Positions 61,201 through 64,000 of a stretch of 64,000 nt of DNA are shown in pieces. The position numbers and the translations under genes are program-made. How positions within the stretch are numbered: the stretch's first letter is position 1; each line of letters starts with the position of its first letter. The stretch covers positions 201,252,001 to 201,316,000 of the forward strand of contig OX597815.1 of the NCBI GenBank assembly GCA_951406725.2. The letters are read 5' to 3'. A model generated the notes under the pieces. It saw nothing but the letters and a program-made list of their open reading frames with translations, did not search any database and was not told the origin of the DNA. Origin of the DNA: Octopus vulgaris (taxonomy: Eukaryota).

Positions 61201-61379
61201 TTTACGAAATCTTTTCAAATCATTCTATCCGCATCTTTTAACAGCAATATAAATGCCACTCAGTGTTGATACACCTACCATATGACTACACTTTTAACCA
61301 AGGTTTGATAACGACAGATTGAAATTCAAATGCGTAACAATGAACATGTAAGTTATATTGCCTTGTTTATGCTATTTCA

Positions 61380-61900
61380 ATTCACCCACTAAGCTTTCTA
61401 ATAAAACAAAATGGACGGTCGAAGACTAGTCAAAAGATTGTTGGAGCTACGATTAAGGATTCTGCATCTTAGCCGTCCAACGGAGGAATTCCATCTTAAG
61501 TGTGTCAAGAAAACGGCGCAAGTGAGAGGTGGGGGTAGCGTTATGGAGTGGGCCCGTACAGCAGCTTAGGTGGTGGTTCAACTCGCAAGGTTGATGGCAG
61601 ACTAAACAGTTTAGGATATCAACAATTAGTAAATGAAAACGTGCTGCCATATTTATTCAAAATATAGAAAGATGTAGAATTTTTCAAAATATAGAATTAG
61701 AATGGAGAATGTTGAATTATTGTAGAATGGAGAATTAGAATGTAGAATTATCCAAAATATAGAAAGATTTGTAACGCCTATATCATTCGAAAGAAAAAAA
61801 ATGTACATAAACTGCAAAAAATGATTTTATACAGTTTTGTTAAAAATAAATTAATGAAGGAAAAGAACTGTCATCATCGGTGATAAAGTTATTTTGGCCA

Positions 61901-61903
<3 letters not shown>
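61380..61903 (+). mobile_element. Decayed Tc1-like transposon fragment
   Basis: KWTVED*SKDCWSYD, EEFHLKCVKKT..GGGSVMEW and KVDGRLNSLGYQQLVNENVLPY match Tc1 motifs WTxxDWxxVxWSDE, GGGSVMVWG and GxxNxxxY; terminus ttttggccagtg|TA. Confidence 0.75.
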
Positions 61904-61967
<64 letters not shown>

Positions 61968-61979
61968 CATATATATGAG

Positions 61980-62181
61980 TCGCCATGATAGATCGTTAGC
62001 CACTACAGACATGTTTTTCTCTCCTTGTTTCTCTCCTTGTTTTATTCTGAGTCCCCTTCAATAGAAGAGTGTAGGCTCGAAACGTAAAATACTTTTTTCT
62101 ATTCCTGAGCGTTTTACTAATAAATCTGTATGTATTGTACACCCCATGCCTTCGTCTTTTGTTCTTTTCGTAAACTTTCCC
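61980..62181 (+). mobile_element. Short (TA)n-flanked repeat with degenerate hammerhead-like core
   Basis: agaa-GAGT-gtag-GCTC-GAAACGT...ttcctgAGCGTT; related to 43931-44113. Confidence 0.45.
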
Positions 62182-62207
62182 TATATATATATATATATAT
62201 ATATATA

Positions 62208-62656
62208 CAATTTAAAATTAGGATAAAATCTTTATAAGAATGTATCAAGTAGTCAGCGTGAAAAACCTCATAAGAGAAAAAAATCCACCAATTTTTTCAT
62301 TTAAATATATTTATTTATATTATACAGAGGGCATTATTACACATAAATGCTACACGCTAGGAGGGACTCTTAAAGTCAAAACTACTAAAATAAATAAACA
62401 CATCGTACCGAATGCAACACTCGAAGCAAGTCATTTAAAAATATAATTTAGCTGCAGATCACCGTGATTTCGTAATCAGTGCAGTGGTGCACTCTTAACT
62501 CATCGGTGCAAACATAATTCAGCTACATTCTATTTTTAAGTGACTTGATTCGAGAGTTGCATTCGGTAAGATATGTTTATTTATTTTAGTAGTTTTGACT
62601 TTAAGAGTCCCCCGTAGCGTGTGGCATTTATGTGTAATAATGCCCTCTATAATATA
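62208..62656. mobile_element. Fold-back pLTR-like element inside (TA)n: inverted arms of about 138 bp (62316-62454 / 62520-62656) with a hammerhead in the spacer
   Basis: Arms about 90% identical by eye (also visible as mirrored ORFs EGIITHKC...KVKTTKINKH); TA runs on both sides. Confidence 0.85.
62453..62510 (-). ncRNA. Type I hammerhead ribozyme motif (U4C variant) with palindromic stem III
   Basis: TGCA-CCGATGA-GTtaagAGTGCAccacTGCACTgattAC-GAAA-TCACgGTGA-TC-TGCA: 4-bp stem I, G10.1:C11.1 pair, AUC triplet. Confidence 0.78.
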
Positions 62657-62661
62657 TATAT

Positions 62662-62706
<45 letters not shown>

Positions 62707-62709
62707 TAG

Positions 62710-63114
62710 GAGGGGACCCACTTCGGTCATGAATGGTCATGGAAATACACCAAGATAGTTACCCACCGTTGCACAAATCTGGGCAAGGTTGTTTATGGAA
62801 GGCCATACCGGACTCCTCTCTTCACACCACTGATACCATAGAAAGACAGACTGGGCAAAACAGAACAGGGGAAATACGTGGGGAAGACCAGCAGTCGCCC
62901 TTCTTCACATCACCGATTTTAACCAAGGGACAGGCAAACCCAATACATCTTAGCAACATGACCTCGGAACATATCTCTACAAAGATGTAAACAGGAACAA
63001 TGAGAAATAAAGGTTTTTGCTCAAGAATACAATTCACAGACAGTTCCGAGAATCGAATTCACTATCTCATGACTGTGACAACGATGTGTTTACCAGTGAG
63101 CCATGCGCCTTCAC
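62710..63114 (-). mobile_element. SINE family C, rearranged and decayed
   Basis: Minus-strand head gtgaaggcgcatggctcactggtaa...ttcgattctc; body shared with 4618-4815. Confidence 0.7.
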
Positions 63115-64000
63115 ATATGGGATAATATTTCGAGTTCAATTTATAAATAACTTGTATATCATATTAACGTACTTTCATTTAAATTTTAATCACATGATTT
63201 AATTTGTTTTATATAGAGTATTATTTTTCCTTAATTATATTATAATATTATAACCTAATCTGTAGTAATAATTGGCTGAACTCATGTTACGTCAGATCGA
63301 CTTTTTGTGTAGAAATTCCTCATAATCATTTTATACCATTGTCTACAGCACAATATTTGAGTTTAAATTTTAATTCTAAATTGTTATTCCTCCCGAAATT
63401 ATTTCAGTTTCTGTGTAGATTAAAACGTAGCAATTGTTAGCATTTCCTTCTCTTCTTCCAGCTGAAATATCAGACAATGTATATAATAAAATAGTGATAG
63501 AAAAAATATAATACAGAAAGAAAAGAATATCTACTAACATTTGTATATGTTTCAGATACACATTACACATCATTTATATTTTATCAATATTTTCGACTTA
63601 ACTTTTGCATTTTCCTTTTATAATGATATTTGTTCTGTTAACTTCTGCTTTTTCTTTACATAGTGATATTTGTTCTTTTGTTTCATTGAAATTCTAAGAT
63701 ATTGAAAGAGTGAATTAATTCATTCGTTATTTACCAAGCAATATTTTGGTGCACGTTTATTGCGTCCCGATAGATGTTTTCGCGGTAATGTTTCTTTATG
63801 AATTTTGTTATTTGTCCCTTAAAAATTATGAAATTGCCAGTTTTCACTTTCCATACTTGCATTTATATAATATACTCCTTACAACTCTTTTGACGACCCA
63901 ACTATATTTATATAAACACATATATGTATGTGTGTGAGTGTGTGTGTGTGCGGGTGTGAGTATATATGTAATACGAATGTTACGCTGGTTTGTTGAGCCT

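Noticed and set aside
61318-61347. Possible 30-nt exon (cag|...|gtaagt)
   Set aside because: Weak pyrimidine tract, no supporting repeat or homology, and it abuts a Tc1 remnant.

Overview
AT-rich, microsatellite-dense animal genomic DNA. The repeat families look like those of an octopus or other coleoid cephalopod (inference). I found no confident host protein-coding gene, and nearly all short ORFs in the track are translations of (TA)n, (CA)n, (TTA)n or (GATA)n. The centre (25.2-32.1 kb) is a nest built on a (TAA)n array of about 1.6 kb in total. It holds two nearly identical, differently 5'-truncated R4/Dong-clade non-LTR retrotransposons (RT plus restriction-like endonuclease) and a 529-bp non-coding element in the same repeat register. 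Elsewhere are an OTU-carrying Helitron remnant, a full-length decayed mariner, three more Tc1/mariner fragments, a CR1 3' end, a Penelope-like RT fragment, an older R4 fragment and many SINEs. The least obvious signals are: (i) three sequence-unrelated fold-back elements (43.7, 49.1 and 62.2 kb), each carrying a minimal type I hammerhead ribozyme of the Penelope pLTR kind; (ii) a divergent 28S rRNA domain V fragment with apparent compensatory changes (39.6 kb); (iii) a duplicated candidate 17-nt microexon (54.0 and 56.0 kb). All calls come from manual reading, no searches were run, and edges of decayed elements are approximate.
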